Positions 1 to 14,233 of a stretch of DNA of 64,000 bases are shown here, one piece after another. The stretch is from NCBI GenBank assembly GCA_973895155.1, contig OZ316893.1:26965283-27029282 (forward strand), given 5' to 3'. The notes beneath the pieces were generated by a model. That model was not told the DNA's origin. It worked only from the letters and a program-made list of their open reading frames with translations, and ran no database searches. Within the stretch, counting starts at the first letter, position 1, and each line of letters begins with the position of its first letter. The DNA is from Marsupella aquatica. Taxonomy: Eukaryota > Plantae > Marchantiophyta. The position numbers and the translations under genes were made by a program.

Positions 1-2158
1 AAGTTCATGCCGTATGCCCAACCGCAAGCCTTCGGATCAAATTTCTCTTGTATCAACGGGTGTGAGAAGTTCAGATACTTGTCATATCTATGAAATGAGC
101 CGAAACAGGTTTCCACGGCACCGTTCACGTTCCCATCCATATCAATTTCCCACAGACCTGTGAGATCTTTCTGCACGACGATATCGTCGTCTAAGAACAG
201 AATCCTGTGTAACTTGGGGTACATCTCCGGCAGATAAAATCGTAAATGATTGAGCATAGACAAATACTTAGGATTCCTGAATTTCATATTCGCGGTGTCC
301 TTGGTGGCATTTTCCATCTCGTTCTCAAAATAAAAACGCTGCAAATTCGCAGACTCCAATTGGCGCAACACAGGTACGTACGACGAATTCAGAAATTTGA
401 AGTCTTCCACCGCTTTGACGTCTATGTGAGCCCCTTGCGGAGGACGTTTCTTAAACCAGACGGTCATCGCTCCGAGATTCATCTTATCAGTCACGACGTG
501 AAAAACATGCTTCGACGGTTCGTTGACGTTCTTGATCGCCGAGTTCACAACGACCGAAGCGGCGATGACATTATCGGAGAAAATTGCGTAGTGATAGAGG
601 TTCGGGTCTTCCAGCTCGGGGGCACTGAGATCTCGAATATACTTGTGAGGGTGAGCGACACGCTCTTGCATGAGCCTCATGGAAATACAGTGCAAACTTT
701 TAGGAATGGATTTCGCGGCAACAAGGCTCGAGAATGCTCCCTGCTTTTTAGCTCTGATCAGCTGGTCATTGGCGGAAAACAGCGTATCCTTCAACTTCTG
801 AATTTTAACCTGAGTGTCATAAACTTCTCTCGCATCCAAGGTCACCTTCTTAGTTTCAGTCATGTACTCCCTTAGCGCTCTCTCAAATTGATTCAGCACC
901 TCCTTGTCAACGAAATCATCCTCCACCAAGGCTCTGTACTCCGGCTTGCTCAAAAATTCGGTGTAATTCGCTGCTGTCTCCTCGAACAAGCGGAGTTGCC
1001 GCATGGTGTCCAGCTTCGCCTTACGAGCGAAGGAAGCATATGTGTTGACAGTAACTATTTGGTCCTTGGCCATTTTAAAATACTGATCTACTTTGGCCTT
1101 CAAAGGATCGGGATGTGGTTTCAACGCCAAAAACGTGCGCGAAATGTAGGCATGGAGATGATTTGATGCCATATACGTCTTGTCTAGTCCTACCTGCATG
1201 AAAGCTTGGTGTCATTCAAGCTACGAGGTGGAAAAGACACTACAGCAGCGTCTTTCCATTCTCTAACGCAAATGCAGATACACCAGCAAGTGTCCAGAAT
1301 GACCTCACAAACCAACGTAGTCACAGCGTTCGAAAAAAATTAGCAAAAATCTCAAACTGAAACAACTTAAAACAGGCATAGACTGAACACAGGTCAATGA
1401 TAAGAGGCAATGAATGAAGGAAGGATGTAAGGCAAGACACACTGAATGAAGGATTGAAAGGCACTGATAACGGAAAATGGACGACATTGTTGACAATAAA
1501 TCGACCTATGGCTGCACTCACTGCACGCACTGCACTCACTACACCAGACCTGAAATGTTGAGACCAAGGAGTGCCGAATCTCACTTCTAAGTCGCGCAAA
1601 TTGGTGTCAGATGTACGGGGTACACAATGTCTATCTTCACTGTAACTTCGGTTTCCGCAATAAGTTTGTGATCGGAGTATTGAAGCAATTCCTGTGCAGG
1701 TATGCGAAACTAAGAGTAGAACGAGACAATTGTGCTTTCGGAGCCCGAACACGCCCACTACAGTACATGACTGAACAAAAATTGGATTCCAAGGCCTTGC
1801 TAAGAGCAATGGTCAAGAGTAAAATCAATGGAACAAATTAACGACAGATTATCGACACGAGAATGAGCGAATGCACTACAGTTTTTTCGGAGGCTCAGGG
1901 AGACGACAGAGGTATGATGGGTGAGATAGCTGCACACAAACACCGACAGAGAGGGAGGAAGGGGGACAGAGCAAGCCACGGAGCGATAGGGAGGGAGAGC
2001 GAAAGAGTGCCTGTGCTACGCACCGGTCTTGTGATTTTGTGATCACGGTAGAGTAGAGCTATGGAGCACACGCAGAGTAAGCAGAGCATAGTCGGAATAA
2101 TAGGCCTGTAAGCGAAGACCTTCGCTCTTCCAGCCAACCTGCTACCCCGCATCGCCAT
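1..2158 (-). CDS. Galacturonosyltransferase (GT8 family, GAUT8/QUA1-GAUT9-like). Exons 2158-2024 and 1193-<1; the 3' end runs off the window.
   Basis: Exon 1 reads MAMRGSRLAGRAKVFAYRPIIPTMLCLLCVCSIALLYRDHKITRP (type II membrane anchor) with a GTGCGT donor. A CAG acceptor at 1196-1194 joins in phase 0 to VGLDKTY...RTFLALKPHPDPLK...MKFRNPKYLSMLNHLRFYLPEMYPKLHRILFLDDDIVVQKDL...ACGWAYGMN, which are hallmark GAUT motifs. A 5'UTR intron acceptor lies just before the ATG (2161-2163). Confidence 0.93.
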
Positions 2159-4679
2159 GACTGCACCAAAGTTCTCGCACGCTCAGCTTACAAGATAAAG
2201 CGAGAGAAATTCTCAGTTGTCCCACACCGTCATGAATCCACCCTCCAGCTAGACAGGGATCTCCTTGCACAATTTTCCCATGCAAATTTCCTGCATCCTC
2301 GACCCGACGCTGCAATGCAGCAACATTGCTCGCAGAACTAGTTTCAGTGACTTCACTGCTCTCGTTCTGCTTGAGGCAATGAAACCGATAACACACTCCT
2401 ACAAACTCCCTATCCTCCCAGCGCTACACGAGACAGAACGTCCGGAACAGTTCAAGTTGTACAAAATCCTGGAAAGAGGAGAGCATTGTAAAATATATCC
2501 ATGCCGTCTCGTTCTACCTATCTACCTCTGTATGTCCTACTGTCTTTCTCGTCAATTAGTCGATATCGGAAAAGATGGACGTCGTCCGTTCTCTGAAGAC
2601 TTCACGAAAAAGGGACGAACAGTCACGCAGATGCCAAATGTGTCAAATGACGTTGGCTCAAAACGCTTCGTCCGCTAGCTGCCGCGTCGACTTCGGTCAT
2701 GCCACCAAATGCATCACGCTGGATAGCTCGAGCGATTTCTCCTTCCCTCATTCCGAATCAACCGACTGTCAGAGCTCTTCACGGCCTAGTCTTCACTAAC
2801 GTCAAAATATGAAACGGTAGGAACGCTCCTCTTCGTCGACCACATCACAAAACGAATATATGAGGATTTCTGACGAGCTTGCGCTCCCGCCCTTCTATCA
2901 CGGTGCAAAGATGTCGACGCCTCGAAGGTTCCTTCACGGCCTACCGACCTCGCTCCGCCTTCGCCCCGCCTTCATATAGAAAACTCCGCAAAATAAATGT
3001 ACAGTGCCAACAGTCATCCGCTTGCCCGTCCACTGACACAATGCCGGCACAATGCCGGTACTGAGACTGAACTCACTGAACTCACTGAAGCTTCGATGTT
3101 CCCTCTAACTTCATCATCACCTCTTCACTGACAGTACCGAAAGTAATGAAGAGGACGGGGAGATGGTGGTCACGCTCGCTCGTCGATCGTCTAACCTCTA
3201 CACCTACTGTTGGCGAGGAACTCGTAGCGCGCTCGGCAGAATGATGTGCCCGCTGAGCAAGCTCACACAGTACAGTGTGGCGAATGCGAATGGACTAGAA
3301 TGGAGATTTTTCCTCGTGTGTTTGCTTTGAAGATGCTGCGTGTAATATACGCCAGGCGAACACAAGAGCGTGATCTCTCATACACAGCTGACGAGCAGCG
3401 ATGGATGGGAATACAGACAGGGAAATATCACGATTGACCCAGATTAACCCAATTTATCTGGCAATGTATGGCAAGTTTTTTGTAGGACAATTTTTGCTGT
3501 CCAATATAAAGAATGTAAACACAGCTTTTATATACATGAGCCCTATACCCATGCTTTGCAGGGTGCAAGGAGGGAGCTAGCTCATAGGGAGCTGGGCTGA
3601 GGCATTTATGGGGCAGCCTGGGGAAACACATATGTGCCAGGGGTGTTCATTTCCTCCACCAATGATCAAGAAAAACATCCAAACTAATCCAACAATTGTG
3701 GATCATTCTTGCCTAGGAGTTTTTTGTATTGGGACCAAGGACAAAAAAAATAAGGGATACCTGGTCAAGTTCCCAACCAAAAAAAAGTTTTAAAAAGTTG
3801 TAGATTGTCACTAAATATGTATTATAATATTGTCACTGTTTTATTTGTATTTACAAATAGGTTTTTGTATATAGTTCCTTGGTTACCTTGTCATTCATAT
3901 ATCATTTTTGTAAATACAAAAAAAATCATGACACTATTGTTAATTAGAATATCTTTAGTCACAGAGTACTTAAAAAGTTGATGTACAAAATAATGAGTGT
4001 TTGTGCAAGGGGTTCACTAGGCTATAACACTCTCATAAGAAGAGAAGAAAAACTTACTAGCCCTATCCCACAAGCTTTTCTGAGCATTTTGGCAGCAGGG
4101 TTCAGACTAGAACCCCAGTCCAAATAGTCTTTACATTGTCCAAATGTGGTGTAAAAAAAAGTTATCCATCATAAGTTTCTGGGCAAGAGATTATAGAAAC
4201 ACCAAGGATATTAATAAATGGTTACACGCCGGTAACATATATTCCGTATTGCATTTACAAAATGGGATTTTTCTCCTCAAATCATTGAATCTTTGTCTAG
4301 ATAAGAGAATTAATCCAAGCTAACTCTCAATTCATTAAGTCTGTTGGAAACTCAATGGTTTGCATGCATAAATTATAACTACTTTCTAGGGAAGAAGAGA
4401 AATAGTCACTCCCACTCCTGTGCCAAATGAGACAAAATTGACTGGCTCACGATGAAGGAGAAGAAGATTCAAGAGGATGAAAGAATAATCCCCTTTTACC
4501 TGGTGAAGGAGAAGAAGAAGATTCAAGATGATGAAAGAATAATCCCCTTACCTTGTGTGACAAGTATATTGATAATGTTCACTAAGATCTCATCTATTGT
4601 TTTTGGGATTGTCAAAAGTGATTTAGACATGGGTTACATCTATCATGAAGAGATCTCTACGAGATGAACATCACTCTGA

Positions 4680-5630
4680 CCAAATCAGCATTTGCTCAAG
4701 GCTTACTGGGGCTCGTATTTCACATTCTGTCTCTTTGGCCGGCTGAACCACATCTGATCGCTTTCATGAGTCTGACTGAAGTGTGGGCTGGCCTCAGCTC
4801 TGGGCCTTAGACTTGCCAACCAGAGGCAAGACATTCATCTGGTAGATTATAGTAGGGGGGCTCTTCATGGGAGCTAGGGCGCTTTGCATGGAGGTGAGCA
4901 ACAGTGACTACAAGTTATGCAGTGGTGTGCTCAAGACCTGCATAGTTTCTTTTCTATGTGAATATGCAGAACAGTGTTGGAGGCTCTGTGGATTTTACCT
5001 GAGGTATCTTTGTGTGTCAATCGTCCAAGGACTGATGTCTCTGTTAGATGCCTCATTTGGAAAGGACTTTGTACATGTAACAATTAAAGTTCTTTGTTTT
5101 ATTTCAGATTTTATGACTACTTTGGCTGGGACGGAACAATCACATGTTCCTAGTTGGGGGGCATAGAGTTTTTGACTTAGGACTATTGCTTTCTAAGACT
5201 ATAGACCACCTTTTGGCTCTGAGCCATAGGTCCCCTTCGGGTAGGAAGAAGATCTGCCTACTCAAAGCCAAACCTAGATCAAGAAGTAGCGTAGGAACTG
5301 GCTCAGGCATGGTTGCGGCCACACCTCCTCTGACCAATGAATCAAGGGATGAGGGTGCACTTGATACTTTTCCTTTGGATCATTGGTATGGTGTTGGTGT
5401 TTATACCTTTCACTGGCTTGTAGGTAGGGCTAGAGGTTTTATTATTTCTAGGTCATTCCCGAGGTTGTGTTGGCCCGGGAGAGGCCTCTCCCCCTGGGGT
5501 GTTGTTTCGTTGTGGCCTTGGGGTTGGTGGCCCTGTGAGTTGCTGCTGATCACCGCTTTGTGTGCCATTGGTTGCTTGTTTGCCCTTGCCATGGGGTTTT
5601 TTGAGGCTGAAATAAATTATAAATTTAAAA
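4680..5630 (+). mobile_element. Probable decayed LINE 3' end
   Basis: Weak similarity to the reverse complement of the 22770-23080 and 31640-31900 repeats. It ends in a T-rich/AATAAA-like tail and has no intact ORF. Confidence 0.3.
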
Positions 5631-6699
5631 ACCATTTTGACAAAGATGCACTTCAAGTGTCACTATTGTCAACTTTTTGTTTCCTAGATTTCATGTCAGA
5701 CAAAGAGCAAAGAACAATATCTTATTCGATTATTTTCTACTAAAGGGGATGAGACATTGGATGGAAATAGCCTGGTTGCCATCACGCCTCACGGTTGCCC
5801 CAAGAGACAAGTGTAGTTAAGATCATTAGGAGCCTAAATCTGACGGGTGTCCACTGTGTCTAGAGACTAGCTACTTTAGGTAGCCTAGAGTCTATATTAC
5901 ATGAGGTTCAGTGCACTTAAACCCTTCCCATTCAGGGATCTTTTAATTATAATTGTCTCTCCCTAATGAAATATTATATTATATTATATATGTATCTTAT
6001 CTTACTCTGTATAGTTTGCAATCCCATCAATAGGCTGGCACCAATTAGCATACTATCACACCAATCTAGGTAGTATTGTAGTATATTGTACTATCTATAT
6101 TCATATGTTTAGTATGTGTGCTATATAAGCCAATAAGGATCTGTTAGGTTTGTGTGGGATAGTAGTTCTCCCTTGTGAGGCATCAAAAGGTTATCTTTCG
6201 ATGTTGAGCCGTGGAGAGGGGAGCTGGTGTTGTGGCTATGGTGGCTGAGAACTCCTTTTGTGTAGTGTGGATTTCTTGAGTGCAAGGTGCGTTGGCTTGA
6301 CATATGTATGTGATCCGATTGGACGGGATTGAGTACGTGTTGTTGGAGTCAATTGGTGTTCGTATCTATTGAAGATTATTGTGGGTTTTGGACATGTTCT
6401 CCATTCTCTTATGTATGTGTGATGTATTGTGTTTAGTTATGGATGTATGTGACAAACAATGTATGTTGTGTAGTGATGTATATGCACATGACAATACTAA
6501 CTAGATTGTTTATAGGATACTTTCTTGAGCATCTACTCACATACTAAAAAAAATATGTTATCCTAATGTTTTTCACTTTTGTCTATATACAAAATATCAA
6601 ATGAGCAGGACTTGAGTGTGTCCATTTGATTACAATGGGTATTATCAAGACCGTTCAATCAAACAATTAGCCCTCCCGACCCTTGACTAAAGACCAACT

Positions 6700-7500
6700 T
6701 TCATTCCCAATGCCCTAACTGATACCCAACCCTCTTGATGTGGACGAGGATGTGGGCGCCTAAAATGGGTTTCGCCTTGACTCCCCGACTAACAACCAAC
6801 TTGCACTCCCTGTGCCCTGACTGACGACCACCCCAACGTCTGAAACATATATGGTTGAGGGCGCTGGCTGTCCCCTCGGCTGTCCCATTATGAGATATAT
6901 TGTTGACCATATATGGTCGACATGTGTATGCCGTAAATTGTATATGGGAGGCAATATGCACCACTATGGGATGAGCAAGTGCCCCTTACTTTACATTAAG
7001 GACATCTAGGCAAAGTAAACACTGACTTACACATTGACTAATGCCTGGATGCAAGATTCAAATGTATCTTTGTGCTCCATGCTCGCGTATGAAGTATAGT
7101 CAACATTACGAGGCAACCAGAAGTGTTGTCGTGGCAGTAGCTTAAAGGCCCAAAGGGTGAAGAATCACCTAGACGTCCTTAACTGGTGCCCTCTAGGGCA
7201 CTCCTTGCTTTCCAGATCCTACTCTCCCTGCTGCCCTGACACGATGCCCTGATGTGGGTGCCTGATGTGTGCGCCCCTCCAATGCCCTCCAGTAATGGCC
7301 CTTCTCACCCTCCTGACCCAATGAGGCCCCCAATGAGACCTGACATCCCTTCCTGGATCATGCCAACCATAGCCCCTTGCCTTCCTGAAGATGTCACCCT
7401 GACACCCTCTTGGCCCTCATTGATTCCTCACCCTAACACAATCCTGTCCTGAAAACTTGGACAGAGGTGAGCATACTTGCCATGATGACGAGCAGTTTTT
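6700..7500 (-). mobile_element. Possible LTR-retrotransposon gag remnant
   Basis: Broken zinc-knuckle-like fragments on the minus strand (e.g. RCP*CKVRGHL-like near 6970-7010), with many stops. Confidence 0.3.
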
Positions 7501-9034
7501 GAGGGCCCTCTTACATAATTCAGTACAATACTGAATTTCTCAAAACCTCTGACAACATTGAAAAACATAGCAAAACATCAAAATCAAAGAAATGGTTTGC
7601 CGATGGGCCTAATGGTGCTTGCCACAATCATAGTCTCCAAATGATTGTTTAGCTGGGTTTGTCATCTCAACCTGAAGAGTCGACATTAACTATGGTCAAC
7701 CAGGTATGATCAATGATTGTAATTATATGCTTGCATTGAGTGAATCATGTGGTTTGTTTGTTTTGGTTAAAATTTGTCACTCAGTGTACATTTAGTGCCA
7801 CATCTTTTCTTTCATCAACATCTCTTTTGCTCACCTCAACATTTATTTTTCTCCTCAACATGTTTCCCCACATGTTTCTTTCACCTTGGTGTCTTTCATG
7901 CAATGCACAGGCATCGGGCTAGTCCAATGTAATTGAACATTTTCTTCAGTGTCACTTTACTTAATTATGGGACTAAAACAAGGCCCTTAAGCCCTTGTAA
8001 ATGGAAATTTGCTTGGGAAAGTACAGGTGGATGCTACCTGGTGCATGCTCTACACTCTTTTCTTTTTGGGCCCTTCTAAATGAGGTCACTCTGTTGTCTC
8101 CTTTGTTTTATGTTCCTTCAATAAATTTATCATTCCATGAAAAAAATTCCATGGAAACTCCACTCATTGGATTTTCCAGATTGATGGATCTCTTGAGCCC
8201 TTGCTAGCTAGCACAGGCAACAATGGATGACAATTGGCAACAATTAGGAGGCGAGGCATGAGCTGTCAAATCTTCTAGATCAATTGAACTTGGGCACATA
8301 ATTGTTCTCCAACAGTTCTTTAAGTTTGTGAAATACTATGTTTGAGTTCTCTTAGTTCTATTTTTCTATGAGGGTGCAAAAACCTTACAATTTGTGTGGC
8401 TAGAGCATGCCAAACACAAAGATTTGTTAGTTTTAGATTCTAGGTACCTATTTAAGGGGTTTTGGCCATAGTCTTGTTGAGTTTGGGTTGAGATCTTTTG
8501 TTTGGCACTGTACAACTTTTGGGCAAAGTGGATCTGACCAATCAGGTGAAAGAGTCCAGAAACACAGTGACTCCCCCCTACAGGTCCTGTGTGCTAGTCA
8601 CCCTCATTTGCCAAACTGGTTGCGTAACCTCTATGCCGATGAAGCTCGTTCCTTCTCTTTGGACTTTCTGCCCCATAGTGCAACTTCTGCCCCTGCTCCT
8701 TACCCACGCCTTACCCTTACCTTTATCGTGTGCGGCTCCTCCCTACTCCTGGTTCCTGCCTTCTCCTTTTGACTCTCCTCCCTATCTGTGCAACTTCCAC
8801 CTCTCCTCCCTACCCATGACTATTGACATTCCTCTATATCCATGCCTGTAAGTAACAATGGGAAGCCTACAGAATGGTGTACAATCCGTCAATTGAACCC
8901 TGGAGCCCTTCAGCTGGGCTTCTCTATTTCTTTCAATAAAAGTTATTCTGACATAAAATCCTAAGAAACCAAGCATTACATGTTATTCAAGTTACCAGGG
9001 TGGCTTGTCTATTATTATTGTTGTTCCGGAACCT

Positions 9035-9058
9035 TATATATATATATATATATATATA
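9035..9058. repeat. (TA)n microsatellite
   Basis: Direct reading of the sequence. Confidence 0.95.
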
Positions 9059-9360
9059 TTTTAGGCTGCGGAAGCCCCAAAAATGCCACAACTTGGGAAA
9101 CAGGATTCCAAAGCGAGGGAAAAGGGAGAAAAGACGGATCCAAATCAACAAGTTGGGAAACGGGTTCCAGGAAAAGGGGAGAAAACAAGGGATCTAAGGA
9201 CAGGAGACCCCAAGTTCTCAAATATGCCAATTCCTTGGTGCAAAATAATACCCCCTAACGTGTAAACCAAGAGCGATTCTGTGCTGGAAAAATGTTTTGC
9301 CATCTTGTGCGAGGCTGTCATTCCGGCTGGCCCACCTGACTGATGTCCCAAGGCGTCCAA

Positions 9361-10109
9361 GGCAGTGTAATTGTTAAGGTTTTGGGTTTTCTCTTTAATC
9401 TTCTTTAAGATTCCAAATGCTTGGAAACTTGTTTTTCCCTTCAATCTTCTTTAATATTTCAACTGCTTGGAAACGTGTTTTTCCCTTTAATCTTCTTTAA
9501 TGTTCCAAATGCTTGGAATCTTCTTATCTGATTTTCCTGAATTATTTCTGACCTTTAGATCCCCCTGATAAAAGATTAGCCTTAGATTCTGGCTAATGGG
9601 GCCTATGAGATGGTGAAGAACTGGCTAAAAAGACAGAGCAAAACTACACCAGCCATTTTAGCCAAAAGTGAACTAATTTATTTGGAAAGATAAGTAAACT
9701 TCCACCAAAATTTATAAACCAGTAAAAAACAAAGTACAAATGAAACTAAAGAAAGATAGAATATAGGAAATTTTTGCCACCAAAAAGAAAAGGTGGTCCA
9801 AAGAACACTAGACCTGCTTGTTTTCTAAGTGCGAATTTTAGTAGCATTCCACCTCCCCAAAAAGTGTTGGCCACTTTTGGCTAACATTCGCTACAATTTT
9901 TCTTGTGCCATTAGCCACTTTCCCAACTAATCATGTACCCTATTCGCCAGAATCTAATGGTCATCAGTAAATCTAGTGATATCTGACGGTCAGGATATAA
10001 TCCTGAAAAACTAACAAAGAATATTCCTAGCCTCTACTCCCTCAGGGGTCCTGACATTTGCCACCTGGCTAAAAAACTAAAAAACCTTAAACCTTAAAAA
10101 ATACGCTGC
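9361..10109. mobile_element. Non-autonomous TIR DNA transposon (long imperfect inverted arms)
   Basis: The left end GGCAGTGTAATTGTTAAGGTTTT matches the reverse complement of the right end AAACCTTAAAAAATACGCTGCC. Internally, 9520-9670 is inverted relative to 9870-10020. A ~46-bp tandem triplet lies at 9394-9520. No clean TSD. Confidence 0.65.
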
Positions 10110-10185
10110 CCTAGACCTTGCAGAGGCCGGCTGGCATGCCTGATGAGAGAGTTCCTCCTGCCACAAAGGCCGAACGAATCACGAG

Positions 10186-10210
10186 AAACCCTAGACCATT
10201 CGGAGGGCCC
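10186..10210 (+). promoter_or_regulatory. Telo-box (AAACCCTAG) plus a nearby GGGCCC site-II-like motif upstream of the cyclophilin
   Basis: AAACCCTAG at 10186-10194 and GGGCCC at about 10205, a known plant promoter pairing. The TSS position is inferred. Confidence 0.35.
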
Positions 10211-12208
10211 GAGACAGATCCTGCCACACGGAGACGAAGTGAAACTGGAGCAGATCCAAGCAGCGCACGAGGGCATCACCTGCGTGGAAAGGTAATTATC
10301 CCGAAGCCTAGTTTAGTCGGAGCACAGAGCTCATACGTGCAAATATCCTGCGTCAAGTACTTCACCTATCGTTGTATAACTTGTATTGTTCGCTGGTGCA
10401 CGAGCGGTACCTCTCGGCGTCCTCTCTCCCTCCTCCTCCACTCGATTTTTGGGACCGCTCGTTGATTAGTCAATTCGTTCGCAACTACAGTGGGTTGAAG
10501 CATTTTGTTGAAGCTCCGAGCAATCTTAGCTCTGTTACTTTACACTCTGTGTCGTTCAAAGTCGGTCGTAACTAGCTGGAAGCTCCTTCGAAGAAATCTT
10601 AGCGCTATTCACACTGTCTCCTTTTCGTTCGCTACTACATTTGGTATGAGCATTTGGTCATAGCTCAGCATAGAAATCTTAGCTTTGCAAACACTGTGTC
10701 GGTGCACGGACAATTTTGGTGAATTTGACTTACTTAAATTTCTGCGGTGATTCCTCCTGCAGCTCACTTGAACGTCTCTGCGGCAATCGGGAATTTCCCC
10801 CCTGCGGACAAGGGCGGAGACACACTTTCGTTTAAAAGAGCCGACACTTCGCTCGGGAGTCATCAATGGATATGGCGTTGAGGGTTCCTTTGTCTTTGGT
10901 AATCAATCTTTGGCCTTCCTGTTGTGTAGCCAGAAGTATTTGTTGCTTTACAGATGAATGCCCGACTACTTCTAGCTCTTCCTGGGGAGTGAAAAGTGGA
11001 GGGAGATCGATTTTTTGAGGGAGAATGATCCTCGTGTGTGAAGGGGAACTATCGAAAATGTGTTTTGGATGAACAGTTGCAACGGGTGAGTGAGTATTTC
11101 GAGGAGAGAGTTTAAGTTGAATTATCCCATCCCAGCATCTAGTGTTTATGGTTACTCTTAGCGCATGTTCCTTTGCACTTAAGCTCCTTGAAGCTGTGCA
11201 CGGAAGTGTGAATCGTCGGCGACTCTGGCCTCAGTTTTTCGTTACTTTTCTATTTTATGGGTCCTGCCCTAAGGAAACATTTATCCCCGGTGTGGACATC
11301 GTCATTGGTGGATCAGAAAACCATGATGTTTCTCAGTGCATAAAGCCTCCGAGTTCCCTCAAAAGGAAAAGATGTCACTTTGCAATTCTACTTGTTATGT
11401 ATGCTCTGCGTTTTGCCTGAACTGAAATCTCGAAAATAGCATTGGAAGACTGCTTCTAATAATCGCTGAAGCAGACCCATGAATATAGAAGGCAAGGGTT
11501 TCTGGCTTGCAACTTCGCGCGATAGTTTGTTTATGAATAGTATACGGTTGTCTCTACGCAAACCTGTTATCCCTTGATTTAAGTTTAGGAGCAAAAATAT
11601 TATCACCAATAGGAATGATTAGAAAGCATTTGTTATTACCTAAGGGCTGGCGTGATAAGTGTGGCTTCCTGTAATGGTTGTGTTGAACATAAAGTGGGAA
11701 GGGTTTGAACGAATGTATGCACCAGGTCTCTTTGGGCTCTACTTTGCAAATTATATTTAATTTATGGATTCTGTGCAGTTGAGTGGGTGTTTAAATTCTG
11801 TGTTTACGGGCGTGCATTTGTGTTCCGGACGTTAATGCTCTCATAGGTTAGAGAGCCTGTAGATAATATGTAACTCATATCTGCTTCTCGAGCTCTGGTA
11901 GACACGAAGGACTTTATTATTGGACCAGTTTTCTACTCCGTTTCTTGAGGCCAACGATCGAGCTGAGCAGCTAATTTTGTCGAAATGCTTAGCTTTACAT
12001 TAGATGGAGAAATCAATTACGTCTTCTTGAGCGGTTAGATTGAAACGGAAGGGTTTTGTTTCTCTCAAGGAAAGTCGGTCAATTATGGTGCCGCCCATCT
12101 GTAGCAAACCTCATCGCTGATTCTCAATGCAATTCTCAGCAGTGAAATGTTGTTGGTGTCTACCTGCAGGGCAATATTGCCTCAAAGGTGTCTGTTTCAG
12201 GTTGTGTT

Positions 12209-14233
12209 ATGGCAAGGAGCTCTGTGAGAGCAGCTCCGCCCGCTGCAATGGTTGCGGGGAAGCAGATCTCTCGGACTCTCTCGTCCAGCTTCTTCTCCAA
12301 TGGCTCGCAGCAGCTGAGTGCCTCCGCCCCTGTGTCAAAGGCTATGTGGCAAAGGAGCACCGTTCGCGCTATGACTCAAGTGGGGCCCCAACTGTCTCAT
12401 TGCATTTACGTTTCTTTGTTGGCTATCTGTTGTGGATTTGAGGTTCAGTTGGGAGTGTTAGCACTCAGTATGTTATGACTGAATCAGTTGTGTTCTAGAA
12501 ATGTTTCTGACGAAATTCATCAGGCACAGGAGGTGACGACACAAGCAAAGGTGACAACAAAAGTCTTCTTTGACATCGCAATAGGAGAAAAGCTAGAGGG
12601 AAGAGTTGTCTTGGGACTGTTCGGTGATGTTGTTCCTAAGACAGTTGAGAACTTCCGTGCACTTGCCACAGGTAGCTTTCATAAGCTGAGCATATCTACG
12701 CAAAATCTTACATATAACACGAGTCCATCGGATACAGATTATGAAACTGAAGAGTTCCAATTTCTGACTGTTTGACAACCCTCTCTCGCTTGTTTTTTGA
12801 GTTGGTATTAATACTTTCCTCTCATCTACTTCTTGTCTTTTATCTCTCTTTTGGACGTTTTCAAATAGGTATTAAGTTAGGTGTTGACAGCTTCTGTTTT
12901 TTTCTTCAGGGGAGAAGGGTTTTGGCTTTAAGGGCAGCTCTTTCCATCGTGTTATCAAGGAGTTCATGATCCAGGGAGGAGATTTCACCAGTGGCGATGT
13001 AAGTCCCTCCCAACAAACTCGTGTTATCATACACTTTTCACCTAAACATTATAACATGCAATCCCATTCTTTTTTCCTCATGGTCTGTTCACAAAATCTC
13101 ATTCTGGCGGGAGCCTCCCTGGCGGTTAAGATGCCACGGTGCACCTTTTCTGCTGCCAACCCGTCACTCTCCTGGCAGCTCGCACACTCCTTGAATTTCA
13201 GGCAGACTCCCTTTCCTGAGCGTCGACATAATCTCACTTATGTTCGAAAACACTTCCGCTCAACATCTCTTACTATCGACTATACTGTGCAACGCACGAG
13301 CTTATAACTATGGAAATATAATTACGCGTTATTATAATATTAAGATGATCATCATTGACAAAGTGACTTTGCATCGAGCTAGACGCGTGAGAGATCATTG
13401 GCGAAATATCCGTCATAGCGGGTTATCGTAGTGTCAAATATACGGTTCTAGTCTGTATCCTAATTAAAGTTTTATTACCTGCAGCAAAGAATTTGTGATG
13501 AAGTTACTGGACTGTACCTCAAATTGTGTGAAATATTGATTCAGTTTCGTTATTCCTTATCCGGGTCTACAATGCTGTGGGTTTCATATAGGGCACCGGC
13601 GGAAAGAGTATCTATGGGGAAAAATTCCCGGATGAGAACTTCCAGTGTGAGTTCCACAGAGTAATTGTCAAGTCACTGTGAATGAAGTAAAGTGCTATCA
13701 TAATCGAAGAACACGCTTTGGTGCTTGTCCCTATTGTATTTGGCAGAAACGATGTGTAGCATTGTATCGAGGTAACAGCTTCGACAAGATGATGATGATG
13801 GTTATCTTTTATTTCTGATGGGATGGTAATTTTTTGCAGTGACACACACTGGGCCAGGAATCCTAAGCATGGCCAATGCAGGCCCTAACACTAATGGAAG
13901 CCAGTTTTTTGTCTGCACTGTCAAGGTAATGTTGGATGGTTACATCTTATTGGTATTAGGGTGCCGGTCCTGCTTAGATCTAGGAGACATTTGTTTTAGT
14001 CATATAGCAGGGTTGGGCAGACACAAACGAAAAGCTCTGCTATGTAACGTTCCAGTTTCTCACTCGTTGTCTTTGACATGCAGACACCATGGTTAGACAG
14101 GCGCCATGTGGTTTTTGGACAGGTCATTGAGGGCATGGATGTTGTGTACGCAATTGAGGCCTCCGAAACGGACAGGAGGGACAGGCCGAAGAAGGGAGCT
14201 AAGATCATTGACAGTGGTGAATTGAAGGATTGA
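12209..14233 (+). CDS. Plastid-targeted cyclophilin peptidyl-prolyl isomerase (CYP20-3/ROC4-like). Exons 12209-12379, 12524-12671, 12910-12998, 13592-13646, 13840-13925, 14084-14233.
   Basis: A Ser/Ala-rich transit peptide precedes [10 protein letters not shown]...[11 protein letters not shown]...[15 protein letters not shown]...[16 protein letters not shown]...[12 protein letters not shown]. All introns are GT-AG with consistent phases, and a 5'UTR intron acceptor lies at 12200. Confidence 0.95.

Noticed and set aside
246-1166. Plus-strand ORFs of 209 aa and 92 aa
   Set aside because: They are antisense shadows of the GAUT exon.
5144-5743. 199-aa plus-strand ORF
   Set aside because: It has no recognisable domain and lies in probable retroelement debris.
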